Origin: the human T2T-CHM13v2.0 reference genome, Homo sapiens
Assembly (NCBI RefSeq): GCF_009914755.1
Contig: NC_060939.1
Length of the DNA: 64,000 bases
Direction: 5' to 3' (one strand)
The notes under the pieces were generated by a model that did no database searches, was not told the origin of the DNA, and saw only the letters and a list, made by a program, of their open reading frames with translations. The stretch's first letter is position 1. The number at the start of each line of letters is the position of its first letter. This document shows positions 12,855 through 28,582 of this stretch, piece after piece. The translations under genes were made by a program, and so were the position numbers.

Positions 12855-14280
12855 CTTTAAAAAATAATTTAAGATATTATTTATTATTTTTACAAACAGC
12901 CATGGAACATGGATAAATATTATTTTTAATGAATATTATTTTAAATTGTCAGACATTCTATGGAAAATCACTATAAATTAATCCAGAATCAATGATTACC
13001 AATTTTCACTTCTTTCAGCGTATCAGTTAAATAACCTATGCTTTTTAAATACAGACTGACAGGATCAAAGACTGTGATATAAAATAATTCTATTTGGAGA
13101 ATGTTCACATAACATCTTGCATTTCAAAGTAAACAGGAAAAACAAAGCCCAGGATCTATTACCTCAATTCCAGAATTAGTGACCAAGGTTGATAATTACA
13201 GTGAAAAGAGGAGGAAAAACAAGAAAAAAGAAAAAGAAGTATGGGGTTCCTAAGTACAATATTTACACCCAGCTTGGCATACAATTCCAAAGCAAAGCAG
13301 AGTTTTATCAAACAAAATTTCATGACCAAAAATGTATAATAATCACTTTTCTTCAAATAAGGTCCCAAAAACAGATTTTCCAACAACTAATAGAGTTCTA
13401 TGTTTATTGATGACAATGACTGAAAATCTTTTATCACTTATAATCCAATTATTCTTAAGTAAATACAAAAGAAAAGGCAGTTTTAATGGTCTGTGTAAAT
13501 ACTCCAAGGAATTAACAGGCTCTTAATATATGAAAAGTAAGTAGAGCATTATGTATTTACGTTTTAATAAATCTCAACACTCCTACTAGAGTATAAACTC
13601 TGCACATAGAGACTATAACTGTCCTTTCCTCTAATGACCTACCACAACGTGATACTATGATCAAGGATAATTAATAAATATGTATTGCTTCTAGAAACTA
13701 AGTAAGTCTTTAAAAAAACAAAAATATTTACGTAAGCATAGAAAAACACCAAAGCTTTTGGAAAATAATTAAGTTAATTATCTTTAATATATTAAGACTA
13801 TATCTACTATTCTGTAGATACATACTTCTCAGATATCTACAAAAGTAGACAGCATAATACTAGTAATACTATTGAAATAAAGACTAGGCTAATATAGTAT
13901 AATATTTGATAATGAAGGCAGCAAGGAAAATAATATTGAGTCATCCCAAAAGCGGTAAGACAGAAAAACATGAATCCACTGCAACTTCCATTTTGTGTTC
14001 TAAGCAGTTTTATAGTCACATTACAAAAACATAGGCTATGAATAGGCTTAGATTGAAATGGAGCTAGGTATCTTAAGATGACTAGCCAAATTTCCATTTC
14101 TATTTATAAATGTTGTAGTAATTTACACTGATAGTGTCCTACATGGTTTATTTAAGCAGCCAAAAGAATATGTGTGCAAAATGGTTGTCAGGGTTGATAT
14201 ATAGGCACACATATATACACGTATATTACACAAACTACCCATCATAATCCCAAGATCCTAAAAGCTGAATAACGGTTTAC

Positions 14281-14404
14281 CTGCTCTTGCAAAAAGTAGT
14301 TGTACATTTTTTATTTCAACATCAAACTTGTCATATGCCTTATCCATTATTTCTTCCAGAGATGAATTAGTAGTCTTCTGTAAACCTTGATCTTTACTGT
14401 TGAG
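14281..14404 (-). CDS. VPS13C: VPS13C exon 23 (124 nt) LNSKDQGLQK...LLFARA
   Basis: TAG|CTC...GCAG|GTAAAC; phase 0/1. Confidence 0.95.
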
Positions 14405-14885
14405 CTAAAATGAAGGACAAATTTCAATTTTTTTTTCCAAAACAGAAAAGCACATACATCAACATACTTTAGTTAGGTTTCAGTCTTGCATTTAGTTAGT
14501 TAAAACCTAACAAATTGAAAATACTGCTCTTAATGAATAAACATTTTAATTTTCAGATAATTATTTGTAAACAATATAATATTTCAGCATACATCTCTAC
14601 TAAAGTTGAGAAATAGGTGTTCAGCACATTTTCATGTTTGAGCTGTCTGCCTCGAATAACTTGTCTAGATGTACAACTCCTCCTCTTCCTGGCTCTCAGG
14701 AATTATTGCCACTTAGAGTCCAGCTCCCCTGACCCCCACCCTACACCCTTCACCATTAGATAGCAGCGTTTTGTTCCTTCTCCGCACTATACCACAGGAA
14801 TAAAATTAGGCCACTATAATTCAGCTCCAATTTGTACTGCCTTTTCCCCCTTCCTGGTGGAAGCAAGGATCAATTCAGGAGTATA

Positions 14886-16527
<1,642 letters not shown>

Positions 16528-16993
16528 TATATTTGAAATTGTCACCTTTTACTGGAGGCTTGGCTTTCTATGAGATTCAAAATCCAAAATCCAAAAGTTG
16601 TCTTGCTCTACTTAGTTACTGACAGTGGTTTAACAAATATACATTCATATATGTACAATTTCCTATTGTCAAATTTATAAGCAACAAATAACACTGTATA
16701 ATTAAGCCCTGGAAACTATGAAAACTACGAATGCTTCTTTCTAATTAGGAAAAGGCAGATGTAATCCAGTCCTTACTGTCAAATCACCCTACCACTACAG
16801 AAAATTTGGAGGTTTTTTGTTTTAATAGTCATAAAACATATATAAAATACTCCAAGCAAGGCTTGAAACACAGGCTAAAAAATAAGTCTACATTTAGTTT
16901 AGTGAACTCTGAAGAAAAAAACAGCAAACTGTTGGAGAGTTAGCTAGCAAGCAGGTCAAAGATGGGCAGACAAAAAAACGCATATATACCTAC

Positions 16994-17130
16994 CTGAAAT
17001 GTACCAAAATCTAAAATCAGAAGATCTGACTTTTCATGGTGGAAACCCGTCTGTGGAACTACTAGATAAGAAGGCTTCAGATTTATCCTTAAATCAAGGA
17101 CTTTTCGAGTTTCAATAATATGTGTAAGTC
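16994..17130 (-). CDS. VPS13C: VPS13C exon 22 (137 nt) (G)LTHIIETRKV...DFGTFQ
   Basis: TAG|GA...CAG|GTAGGT; phase 1/0. Confidence 0.95.
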
Positions 17131-17230
17131 CTAAAGACGTAAGAAATAATGACAGATTAGATGGTCAAGTTGAAATATGTAATCATATTATTAACAACTA
17201 GAATAAGAGTTTTACTTGAAAAGTATTACA

Positions 17231-17579
<349 letters not shown>

Positions 17580-18110
17580 TCACAAATTAGATTCTCAATT
17601 CAGCATGTAAGGTGAAAACTGCATATAGTCAATGGTAAACAATCTTATTATAGCACAGTATAGTAAACCCAACATAGCTAGTACTTTATGTAGGGATAGA
17701 ATAATTTATTATTTCCTTGGTTAAGGAACTGGATAAAATAGTTGGCTTGAGTTTAGAGGTCATGTTATACAAAAGTAAGTATCTTTCAAACTATATTCAC
17801 ACACAGTGTGATTAACAGTTTCTTAAGAACTGAGATGGAGGGTTGTTTTCCATCTCAAGCTCATTCTGAAGCAGGAGTTCTTAACTGTAATGGCAGGAAG
17901 AATCATCTGTGCCCCATATTATGCTCTTTCTCACCCAGTCTATCAGGTATATTTGATTTTGAGAAAGCCATGTCCACTCTATACTGTAATACAGCCTGAG
18001 TTTAAAATAAAGAAAAAAAGCAACATAATATTTTGAATACAATGTTTACATTAGAGTAGGCAAAATTTTTAAGCTTAGCTGATGCTTATGTAGACACTCA
18101 AATTCTTCAC

Positions 18111-18225
18111 CTGTAGCTGTTCTCTCCTTAATTTCTTCCAGCTTCATCAATGTTGCTGATGTTATTTGCTCAAGATCCAATCCCTTATTTGATTGAAAGA
18201 ATTCAACCACTGCATTGACAGTTTT
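18111..18225 (-). CDS. VPS13C: VPS13C exon 21 (115 nt) KTVNAVVEFF...KERTAT
   Basis: TAG|AAA...ACAG|GTGAAG; phase 0/1. Confidence 0.95.
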
Positions 18226-19471
18226 CTATAAGAAAATTTTTTTAACATAACCAAGTTACACATGGTTCTTTCCATATTGTAAACTTCAAAGTTTCACCTC
18301 AATTCTAAACAGCTGTAGCTTTGAACTGTGGAACTCCTAAGATATTCTGTCCTACTACATCTCCCTTTGGAGTAAAAGAGAACCTGGAGAAACGAAGAGC
18401 CTAAGCAAGCTTACTGGAGAGGCAACAAATGTGCACATATCATTAAGGTGTAAAGTATGTTCTACAGCGTCATATGGATGTAGCAGCAGACATTACTTCT
18501 AGATTTAGCCTCCAATTAGTCAGAAGATGAAACAGTACTTCTCTACCCTGTAATTAGATTCCCTTGCACTTTGAAGTTTAGAAAATTAAGAGGAAGAAAG
18601 CCATTCAGCTCTTACCTACATGCCAAATTTAAACTTTTAAAAAATCAGAGATTTTCCAAGATGAAAACAGTTCTGGAGACTGGCTGTTCAACCATGTGAA
18701 TGTACTTAACACTACTGAACTATAAACTTAAAAACAGTTAAGATGTTAAATTGAGTTACGTGTATTTTACCACAATTAAAATTTTTTAATTATAAAATAT
18801 AAGGAGTTCTGCAGTCTTTATATGCTGTCCCCCCACCCACACACACACACTTTATTTAGCTTTCAGTCGTAAAGTAAAATTACATCAGGGATCTCAACAA
18901 GGTGGGGCGAACCTACAAGTGATGCAATGAGTAGTGAACCATATCCATACTGATGACTAACTTGAGATGATGGATAAGATAGCATGAATAAAAGGTAAAG
19001 TCATAGATACAGAACCTGAGCCAGAACTTCCAATAACATCTAAACATCAATGCTTTTTTCCCTTGTGAACAATATTTAAAATTATTTTAATCAGTCCTAA
19101 AGCTCTTTGAATTTGTTCCAAACATTGAAAGAAAAGAGAAAATATACAAAAAAGAACTGGAGTAGGAAGTAAACGTGTAACAATTTGGAAGTCGTTGGCA
19201 AATAAACAAGAATTTTTAAAAGTATATTAGATTTTTTAAAATTTAACAAAGGCGTAGATAAATAAACCTTGGAGTAGGGAAAAATGTATTGCATATGAAA
19301 AAAATCAAAATTAGCTGCTGAACATATACTGCTTTTGAAACAAGAAAAACCTATTAGGAAACTTACTTATTAAGTAAATAAATGTTAAATATGAAAGAGG
19401 AGAAATAAGAAAACAGTATGTCAGAAGCATAAGATGATTTAAATAAAGAGTTACTTTCTCCTTGCACTTAC

Positions 19472-19664
19472 AGCATCATAGATGACCTCCACAGGCTGGG
19501 ACTGAACAATCAGAGTCTGGTCAGCAGGACTATCCTCCGGATTGGTTTCAAATTTAATTTTAAGCAAGGATGATGTAGTGTCACCAATTGAAGCCACAAG
19601 TGATGGCACAATATCCTGCTGTCTCAAACCTGTTATATACCAGTGTTCTAATTTCGCTTCTACC
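19472..19664 (-). CDS. VPS13C: VPS13C exon 20 (193 nt) (K)VEAKLEHW...EVIYDA
   Basis: TAG|G...GCT|GTAAGT; phase 2/0; ORF 19451..19675. Confidence 0.95.
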
Positions 19665-20508
19665 CTATAATCCAATGAAGAACAAGGAAAGATGCAGACA
19701 AGGTCTTTTGTAATCTAATGGACTAAAATACAAATTTCCTTTTAAAAACGTCTTTGAGAACCAGGACCATCCATGCACATTATCCAGAGCTGAAGCTCAA
19801 CCTCCTTAGCCAGGCATTCAATTGCTCACACACAATCTGGTTTGCTGCTCTTGTTGTTTTAATTAACTCCTTTCATCTACGTGAAAAACTCACTTCAACC
19901 AACTTTAGAATACTGTAAAAGTTCTGATCACTGTTGTATGAATAAAAGATCACACGACATGGATGAACTCCTCTCCCTATTTCTATGCCACTCTTAACAC
20001 CCTCTTACTCCATTCCAGCTTCTCCTAGTCATTTCCATTCAGCTATCCTAGGCCTTCTCCTAGCTCAGTTATTCTCTTCCACAACTAAGCTCGTGTAGCA
20101 TTAACTATGAGGCATTTAATTTTACAATACCTTCTTACCTTAGAGCTGTCTAATGTTATATAGTTCTTGAATTATTAATTTTTTGTATATCTTTTATCAG
20201 CTATAGCATACATTTCTTGAAAACAAAAACTTACTGTACTTGTCCACAGCTTTTACATTATTGAGCCTATAAATTAAATACTATCCAATAAATATTCACA
20301 AAGGAAAGGAGGGAGGGCAGAACAAATGATGAAGTACCCACACAGCTCCACAACAAAACAAGAGCAAATATAAAAAGGCTATCTTGACATATACAAGGAA
20401 AAGAAATTAAAGAGCTGGCACTAATCATTTTTAAACCTGAATAACACACATTTTTTGCCTAAAACTATAACTAAAAGTAAAAATTGAAATAAGTTTTTAA
20501 AAACTTAC

Positions 20509-20651
20509 TTAAGTGCTTGTGCTCCTGGTCGCTGAGATACTTGAGTGCCCAGGCCAATTATCTGAATTTTTAGTATTTCTGGAATATTCTTGTTTTCTCT
20601 TATCGTAACAGAGGTGCTTACTAACTTCAGGGTCATAATATGGGCAACATA
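20509..20651 (-). CDS. VPS13C: VPS13C exon 19 (143 nt) YVAHIMTLKL...GAQAL(K)
   Basis: TAG|TAT...CTTAA|GTAAGT; phase 0/2. Confidence 0.95.
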
Positions 20652-20906
20652 CTATACAGAAAGAATGAAATTAAAATTGTTAAAGTTTAAATAATTATTA
20701 CTTTCTTTAATAATTTCTTATTTAAATTTGCTGAATTATAAAGCAACCTAACAAATACAGCATGGCAGGTTCTGGCATCCACATGCTCACCATAAAGGAA
20801 AAATTCTTCATTTACAAATTTATTCACTATAAATTACAAAATTCAATACAAAATTGTCCACTCAAATAGGATGCTTACAAAAGATCTAGAAATTCATTTC
20901 TCTTAA

Positions 20907-21263
<357 letters not shown>

Positions 21264-21722
21264 TAAAGATTCAATTCAGCAGCTTTTTCTGAAACAAACT
21301 AAGTATTTCAGAATAAACCTGTGGCTGAAGGAAAGAAACCTGTATAGAACATCTGCTTGATTTCTGTGCAGAGTTAGTAAGACACTGAGAAAATAAATCC
21401 TGACCCCAAAATTACTGAGTCAAGACTGGAGGTAAAACAGAGAACCAGGGAGATGATCCTGGAATTTGGGGACCTGTTTCTCCTAGAGGTATTTGGAAAT
21501 TTCAAAGGGGACAGCCTAGAGGCTGTGAAGCTAGGCTAGCAGGGTCAAAATTGGAAATCAGTTCCCACCAAAGGGTAAAAGCACTGCTAAAACACATTCT
21601 TTTGCCTGGGACCCTAAAGGGCTATATATCATAAGAGTAAAGGTGAACTGGAAGCAGGCAGACTCCCATGATCTGCAGCACAGCATCAAATCATCTCAAT
21701 ACCTACAGTAACACTGATTGGT

Positions 21723-21798
21723 GCACATATACACATACACACACACTCTCACACATACACATACACACACACACACCGGTACACACACACACACACAG
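21723..21798. repeat. Interrupted (CA)n microsatellite
   Basis: cacatatacacatacacacacac...acacacacacacacag. Confidence 0.85.
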
Positions 21799-22931
21799 AC
21801 AGGCTCACTAGATTCATGACAAATTGGAACAAAAACCAGCAGAAACAACAGAAAATAGATTCACAGGCGCTCTAGACATCAAGTGTCTAATTTTAGACTT
21901 ACTCAGACTACTAGATTTATTAGGGTCAAAGACATAAAAGATAAAACAGAGCATGTTAGCAAAGAATTTGGAAGCTATAAAAAAAGAACCACATAGAAAT
22001 TCAAGAACTGAAATATACAAAAGCCAATTAAGAATTCAATAAATGAGTTTAACAGTAATATATAAAGAGCTGAAGAGAGAATTAGAGGAAACTAACCAAA
22101 GAATAAACAGATAAAGAACTTGGAAATACCTCAGAGAAAATAAGACACACATGAGATATTATGAAAAGATCCCACTATGTACATTAGAAGAACCAAAGGA
22201 TGAAGGATAAAAAAATGATGGGAAATAAAACTAGGAAGTGAGGATTTTTTTCCCAAATTGATGAAACCTCAAGATGTCCAAACAGTAAGAAGTCCAAACA
22301 GTATAAACAAAAATGAATACATATCTAGTCACATCACAGTAAAATTACTGAAAATCTAAGGTAAAGAGATTTTCTTAAAAATAGAAAAATGAGAGAGATG
22401 GGTGGAAATTACCTTTAAAGTGATACCGTAAGACTAACAGCTGAATACACAAAAGAAAATGCAGGCCAAACAACAATGAAATTATACCTTCAAAACTCAG
22501 AAAATCATTAACAACCTAGAATTCTATACACAAAAGTATCCTTCAAGAAATAAGGAAAAATAGAGATATTTTCAGAAAGACAAAAAAAATTTAAAAACTC
22601 ATCACCAGCAGAACTGCATTCAACAAAATAATATAATTGGTATTGTTCAGGTAGAACGAAAATTACTGACAGATGGTCAAAGACAAAGAAAGGAATTATG
22701 TGACTGGAATATTCGATATTGCTAAAATTACAATTTTCCCCATAATAATTTACAGATTCAATGTAATCTCTAACAAAAGCAGCATGTACTTTTGAAAACA
22801 CTGATAAGATTATTCTAAAAGGTATATATAAGTGGAAAAGGCCTAAAATAGCCAAAACACTCTTAAAAAAAAAAAAAAGAAAACCAAGTCAGAGGTCTTA
22901 CTTTAAGACTTATAAAACTATAATAATCAAG

Positions 22932-23301
22932 TGCATTAGTCCATTCTCATGCTGCTAATAAAGACATACCTGAGACTGGATAATTTATCAAAGTAAGAGG
23001 TTTAATGGACCCACAGTTCCACACGGCTGGGGAGGCCTCACAATCATGGCAGAAGGCAAGGGAAGAGCAAAGACACTTCTTACATAGCAGGCAAGAGAGC
23101 TTGTGCAGGGGAACTCCCATGTGTAAAACCATCAGATCTCATGAGAATTAACTCACTATCACGACAACAGTATCGGAGAAACCAACCCCATGATTCAATT
23201 ATTACCACTTGCTCTCTCCCTTGATGGTGGTGAGGGGCGGATTATGGGGATTACAATTCAAGATGAGATCTGGGAGAGGACACAAAAACCTAACCGTATA
23301 A
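22932..23301 (-). mobile_element. THE1/MST MaLR solo LTR
   Basis: tgcattagtccattctcatgctgctaataaagacatacctgagactgg...gattacaattcaagatgagat. Confidence 0.85.
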
Positions 23302-24759
23302 ACATCATTAGTCATTAGGAAAATGCAAATTAAAACCACAGTCGAGGAACATATCAAATCCGCTAAAATGGCTAAAATTAAAAAGCCTGACAATATCAAA
23401 TGTGGTCAAGAATATGTAGCAACTGGAACCAGTAGTAGGAATATAAAATATTACAACTTTTGGAGAAGTGTTTGCCAGTTTTTAGAAAAGTTATACATAT
23501 TTACCCTATGACCCAGCAACTCTACTCCCAGGTATTTAACTCAAGAGAAGTAAAAACATATCTCCACCAAAGACTTGTACAAGTATGTTCATAGCAGTGT
23601 TATCTGTAATAGCCAAAACCAGAAACAAAAAAATATATATCAACAGGAAATAGATAAAAAATTATGGTATATTCATACAATGAAATACTATTCAGCAATG
23701 AAAAGGAACAATCTACAGACACATACTCAACATGGATGAATATCAAAAATATTATTTTGAGCAAAAGAAGATAGAAACAAAACAACGCATGAACTGGAAA
23801 AAGTAATCACGGTGACATAAGTTATAAAGTGTTTGTTTTGCAAGGCAAAAGAAGAAAAATGACTGGAAAGGGTTACAAGGGAACTTTTTGGAAGGATGGA
23901 AATGTTCTCTATCTTGTTTTTGTTGATCACCACATAGGTGTATTCAATTGTCCAAATTCATCAAATAAAATTTAAGATCTGTGCACTTTATTGTATGTAA
24001 ATTCTGCCTCAACCAAATTTTAAAGACACTTATACCAATCCAACAAAAGATGTTCAACTTCTACAGATAAAATTATAAAACATTATTAGAGGAATGAAAA
24101 AGAGGTAAATAAATGGAGCCATGTGCTATATTTATAGGTTAAAAGACTCAATACTATAAAGACATAAATTCTCCCCAAATTAATTTATAGAGTCAATAAA
24201 ATCCCAATGAAAATCTCAAGTTTTTATAGAAACTGAACAGCTGATTCTAAAATTTATGTGGAAATTTTAAGGACCAAGAATAGAAAAGGTAATCATAAAG
24301 AACACGAGAGTTTAAAGATTTCTACAACAAGGTCAAAGGACTGATTACAAAGTTACAGTAACTAAGACAGAATACTACAAAGACAGACAAATGGCCAATG
24401 GAATAAAGCAGGAATTCCACAAATATGGACACTTAACTGATGATAAAGAGGTAAATGGAGAGCAGTGGCAAAGGCAACCGGTGCTATGTAAGGAGACAGC
24501 TATATGGACAAAAACTGAATCTTAACCCCAACTTCACACCATACACAAAAATCAATTTTAGACAGACCATAAATCTAAATACATAAAGTAAGACAATATA
24601 AAACTTCTAGAAGCATAGTTTCATGACCTTGCAATGAGGAAAGACTTTTAAACAGGACACCAAAAAAGCATTAGCCAAAAAGGAAAAGATTAATAAAGAA
24701 AATAAATATTAAAAATAAGAAGTCTAGCCATCAAAAGATATTATTAATGAATGAAAATG

Positions 24760-25065
24760 GGGATGGGAGTGGTGGCTCACACCTGTAATCCCAGCACTTT
24801 GGGAGGCCAAGGCAAGCAGGTCGCTTGAGCTCAGGAGTTTGAGACCAGCCTGGGCAATGTGGCAAAACCCTGTCTCTACAAAAAAAAAAAAAATACAAAA
24901 AATTAGCTGGGCATGGTGGCACATGCCTGTAATTCCAGCTACTCGGGTGGCTTGAGGCAGGAGACTCACTTCAACCCAGGAGGCAGAGGATGCAGTAAGC
25001 CAAGATCGTGCCACTGCACTCCTGCCTGGGAGAGTAAGACCCTGTCTCAAAAGAAAAAAAAAACA
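24760..25065 (+). mobile_element. AluJ
   Basis: cgcttgagctcaggagtttgagaccagcctgggcaa. Confidence 0.85.
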
Positions 25066-26180
25066 GAGAATGAAAATGTACTTTACATTGTGGGCAGACA
25101 GACTTGCAACACAACTAAAAGTGAAAAGCCAACCCACGTTTTTGGGGAAGATATTAACATCTAACTAGCAAAGGCCTCATATCCAGAATATATAAAGAAT
25201 TCCTACAAACCAATAAGAAAAAAAGACAACCTAATAATGAAGAAGAGACTCAAAACCCACTTTCACAAAATAGCATATCTAAAGACCAAAGACCAATACA
25301 TACATAAAAAGTGCAAAACCTCTTTAGTCATCCAGGAAATGCAAATTAAAACCGTAATATTACAATTACTTTTGCACCAACCTAATACTACTACTATTCA
25401 TCCCCATTTAGAATGGCTAAAATTTAAAAGATTGATAATGCCAAGTGCTGGTGAAGACGTGAAGCAATAATTATCCTCGCATACTGATAGCGGAAGTGTT
25501 TTCCACATTGGAAAACTATTTAATATGCTCATATCCTATGACTCAGCAATTCCACTCCTCAGTAAATGTTATCTTACACATCCACACTAAAAGACACAAG
25601 TTCAGAGCAGCATTATTCATGATAAACAAGAAACAACCCAAATGTTCATCAACAACAGTACAAATAAATAAGATGTGGTATTTTCAAATAACTGAATCCC
25701 ATACAGCAATGAAAGTTAGTAAAATACATCTACTGCAACAACAGGGATGAATCTCACAAGAACAAAACTAGAAACAGAAAATATATATTTTATAAGGCCA
25801 TTTATAGAAAGATTAAAAATATGCAAAACAAAATAACAGTATTGGTAGTAAAAAACAAAAAGAAATAAAAGATATGATTACCACAAAAATCAAGGTAACA
25901 GTTACCTTTGGAGAAGCAATGATGGGGGATCTAGGGACTTCTAAGGTGACAGCAATATTCTAAATCTTGACCTTGATAATAATTGCACACCTGTTCCCTT
26001 TTTAGTCAATCAAATAGGCAGTACATTTTGGTTTTGCTTACTTTTTTATATATGTTATGCTTCACAAGTTGAAAAAAATTTTTAAGATAAAATTTTTTTA
26101 AGATTCAGTTTAGCACTATAATAAGTACTTTTGTCAGGTTATTCTTATGTTCACTAAAACTACTTAAATCTAAAGTTGGA

Positions 26181-26476
26181 GGCTGGGCACGGTGGCTCAC
26201 CCCTGTAATCCCAGCACTTTGGGAGGCCGAGGAAGGCAGGTCACCTGAGGTCAGGAATTTGAAACCAGCCTGGTCAACATGGCAAAACCTCGTCTCCACT
26301 AAAAACACAAAAATTAGCCAGGCAGGGTGGCAGGTGCCTGTAATCCCAGCTACTCAGGAGGCTGAGGCAGGAGAATCACTTGAACCCAGGAGGCAGAGGT
26401 TGCAGTGAGCCAAGATCACGCCACTGCACTCCAGCCTGGGTGACAGAGCGAGACTCCATCTCAAAAAATCAAATAA
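26181..26476 (+). mobile_element. AluS (Sx-like)
   Basis: Full dimer with tcacctgaggtcagg. Confidence 0.9.
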
Positions 26477-26651
26477 AATAAAGTTAGAGAGAGAATTTTA
26501 ATTGGTAAAACCTGACTGAAACATTCAACCATTAAGTAGCAGAGTGGAATTAATAACATTTATATTACTTAAAAAAATCAGTAAGTCTAATCCAATTCAA
26601 TCTAATATAGTACAATGAGACAAAATTCCTTTAAACCACTTAAATAATTAC

Positions 26652-26746
26652 CTGCTTAGGTAAAGTTAGGTTGTGGGTACTCTCACTATAACCAATGGCA
26701 GTGAAGAGTTTATCTTTTTCCTCTGGAGTCATAAGGTCATCAATAG
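26652..26746 (-). CDS. VPS13C: VPS13C exon 18 (95 nt) (T)IDDLMTPEEK...LTLPKQ
   Basis: TAG|CT...CAG|GTAATT; phase 1/0. Confidence 0.95.
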
Positions 26747-27324
26747 CTATGAAAAAACAACATTTTAAGAAATTAATTGCTTCCATTTTACAAATATAAC
26801 TAAAAAGACTAACCAAACTAACAAGTATCCTAAAATCAACAGACACAAATGCTAAAGCAAAATTAGCCAGGTAATATCCTCTAATATACTACAACTTTGA
26901 CCAAACATATTCTATTTGCTTGCTAAGGTCAAGAAAAGGCAAAGAGACACCATTAAGGAAATTCAGTTCTAATATATGGGTTTTAGAATTCCCTAAGTAT
27001 TTTAAAACTTAAGTGAAACTTTTAATTGAATATCTATGCAAAAGGTAACAAAAAATGCTAAATGTTGAGATCTTTAAATTTAAACATTTTAAATTTGACA
27101 TAAATATTATTTCACAAACAAAAAAATCAATGTTTTATTTTAGTCTAAGTTTTATTTTAGATAAACAGGAATATTCCAGCCTGATGTATTTGCTTATATA
27201 TTTACTATACTGAGGTAATTTATTTCAAATGTATTTCAAAATAAAATTCAACAGGGAAGATATAATTTACACAGTTTTTTTTTAACTTAACACTGTACAA
27301 TAAGTTATTTGACTTGGAACTTAC

Positions 27325-27454
27325 TTTCAGGAATCAATGATTCTTCGTCCTTTTTCTTAGACTCTTTCTTACCCCACAACCCACTAAACCAGCCTCCACG
27401 TTTCTCGCCTGTGTCAGCAGACTTTTTCCTTAATTTTTGCCCAGACCGAATCAC
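27325..27454 (-). CDS. VPS13C: VPS13C exon 17 (130 nt) VIRSGQKLRK...GGWFSGLWG...SLIPE
   Basis: CAG|GTG...GAAA|GTAAGT; phase 0/1. Confidence 0.95.
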
Positions 27455-28392
27455 CTGAAAAATAAAAATTAAAAAATTTACTTTAAGAATGTTGCCCTCT
27501 TCATTTTCAGGTGTAGCCTGGGAAAAAAAAACAATGGTTCTTTTTTTTTTTTTGACGCTACGTAACATTGCACCAGTCAAGATCTTAAATGATGCTCACA
27601 ACATAATTTAGTTAAATGCAGTCTCCCTATTAGTTTATTAATACTTCTCACACCAACTGATAGCATTTTGATAAGGCTGCATGTTATGAGCAATATAGTT
27701 AAGGTTTCAGGTAAAATACTTCTAAGCAATGTGACTTCCAAATTCTTCCAAATTTTTAAGTTAAGAAGCCACCAGAACTGCATGTTTATAAAATGAAAAG
27801 TTCCTTGAAAGGAAACACACCCAAAAAAGTATTAATTTAAAACAATTATATTTCAGAATTCATATACAATGCTGGCTTGCTAACTAGGACAGTGGCAGAA
27901 GGAGGGATATAAATTAAAATAGTCCTTAAATCTAATTTCACCCTCTTTTCTCAACAAATCCTGACTTGATTTTCTATCACTCCTTCTCTTTGCCCACTTT
28001 TCAGAGAAATATGGATGAATAACCAAAAGGCAGAATACAGGGATAAACAAAATAAAGGGGATAAGTAATTTAGATTATATGTTCTCATTCCCTGAATAAG
28101 TAAATTTCAATAATTTTTCCACTTAAAGTATTTGAAATTGGTAGTGAATCGGTAACATATTGTAAGCCTCTGTGTGTAATAAAAAGTGGAATAATACAAA
28201 AGAGAAGATAAAAGTAAAGAGTTGAATTCTATAGTAAAGAGAACAGGTTTGATTGGTGAATGTAAAGACTAAGGATGGGCAAAATGTTAAACTTTTGTCA
28301 CAAGCTAGGGATGAGTATATACATTTTCAAGCCCTGTTTGAAACTGCAAGATGAAAGTAAATGACAAATCAGCTACTGTGGATACCACAGCT

Positions 28393-28582
28393 CAGTGGTA
28401 TTCAATCCTTGCTGCACAAAAGAATCATCTAGAAGCTTTATGAGAAAAAATGCCAAAGCCAAAGCCCCACCACACAACAATTAAATCAAATCTTGAGAGA
28501 GTGGGTTCTCTCTCAAGAAAGAGGTATTTTTTTTTTAATTCCCCTGGTGATTCTAACATGCAGCCAAGGTTCAGAACCACTG
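28393..28582. mobile_element. MER5 (hAT-Charlie MITE)
   Basis: TIRs cagtggtattcaa ... ttcagaaccactg; ggtgattctaacatgcagccaagg. Confidence 0.8.

Larger units (their letters stand above)
21330..26100 (+). mobile_element. Cluster of old L1M fragments (ORF1/ORF2/3' UTR remnants)
   Basis: Remnants such as EMQIKTT and ccctatgacccagcaactctactcccaggtat; boundaries approximate. Confidence 0.7.

Noticed and set aside
28491-28518. 11-bp perfect inverted repeat tcttgagagag / ctctctcaaga
   Set aside because: Short, low-complexity and at the centre of a palindromic MER5.
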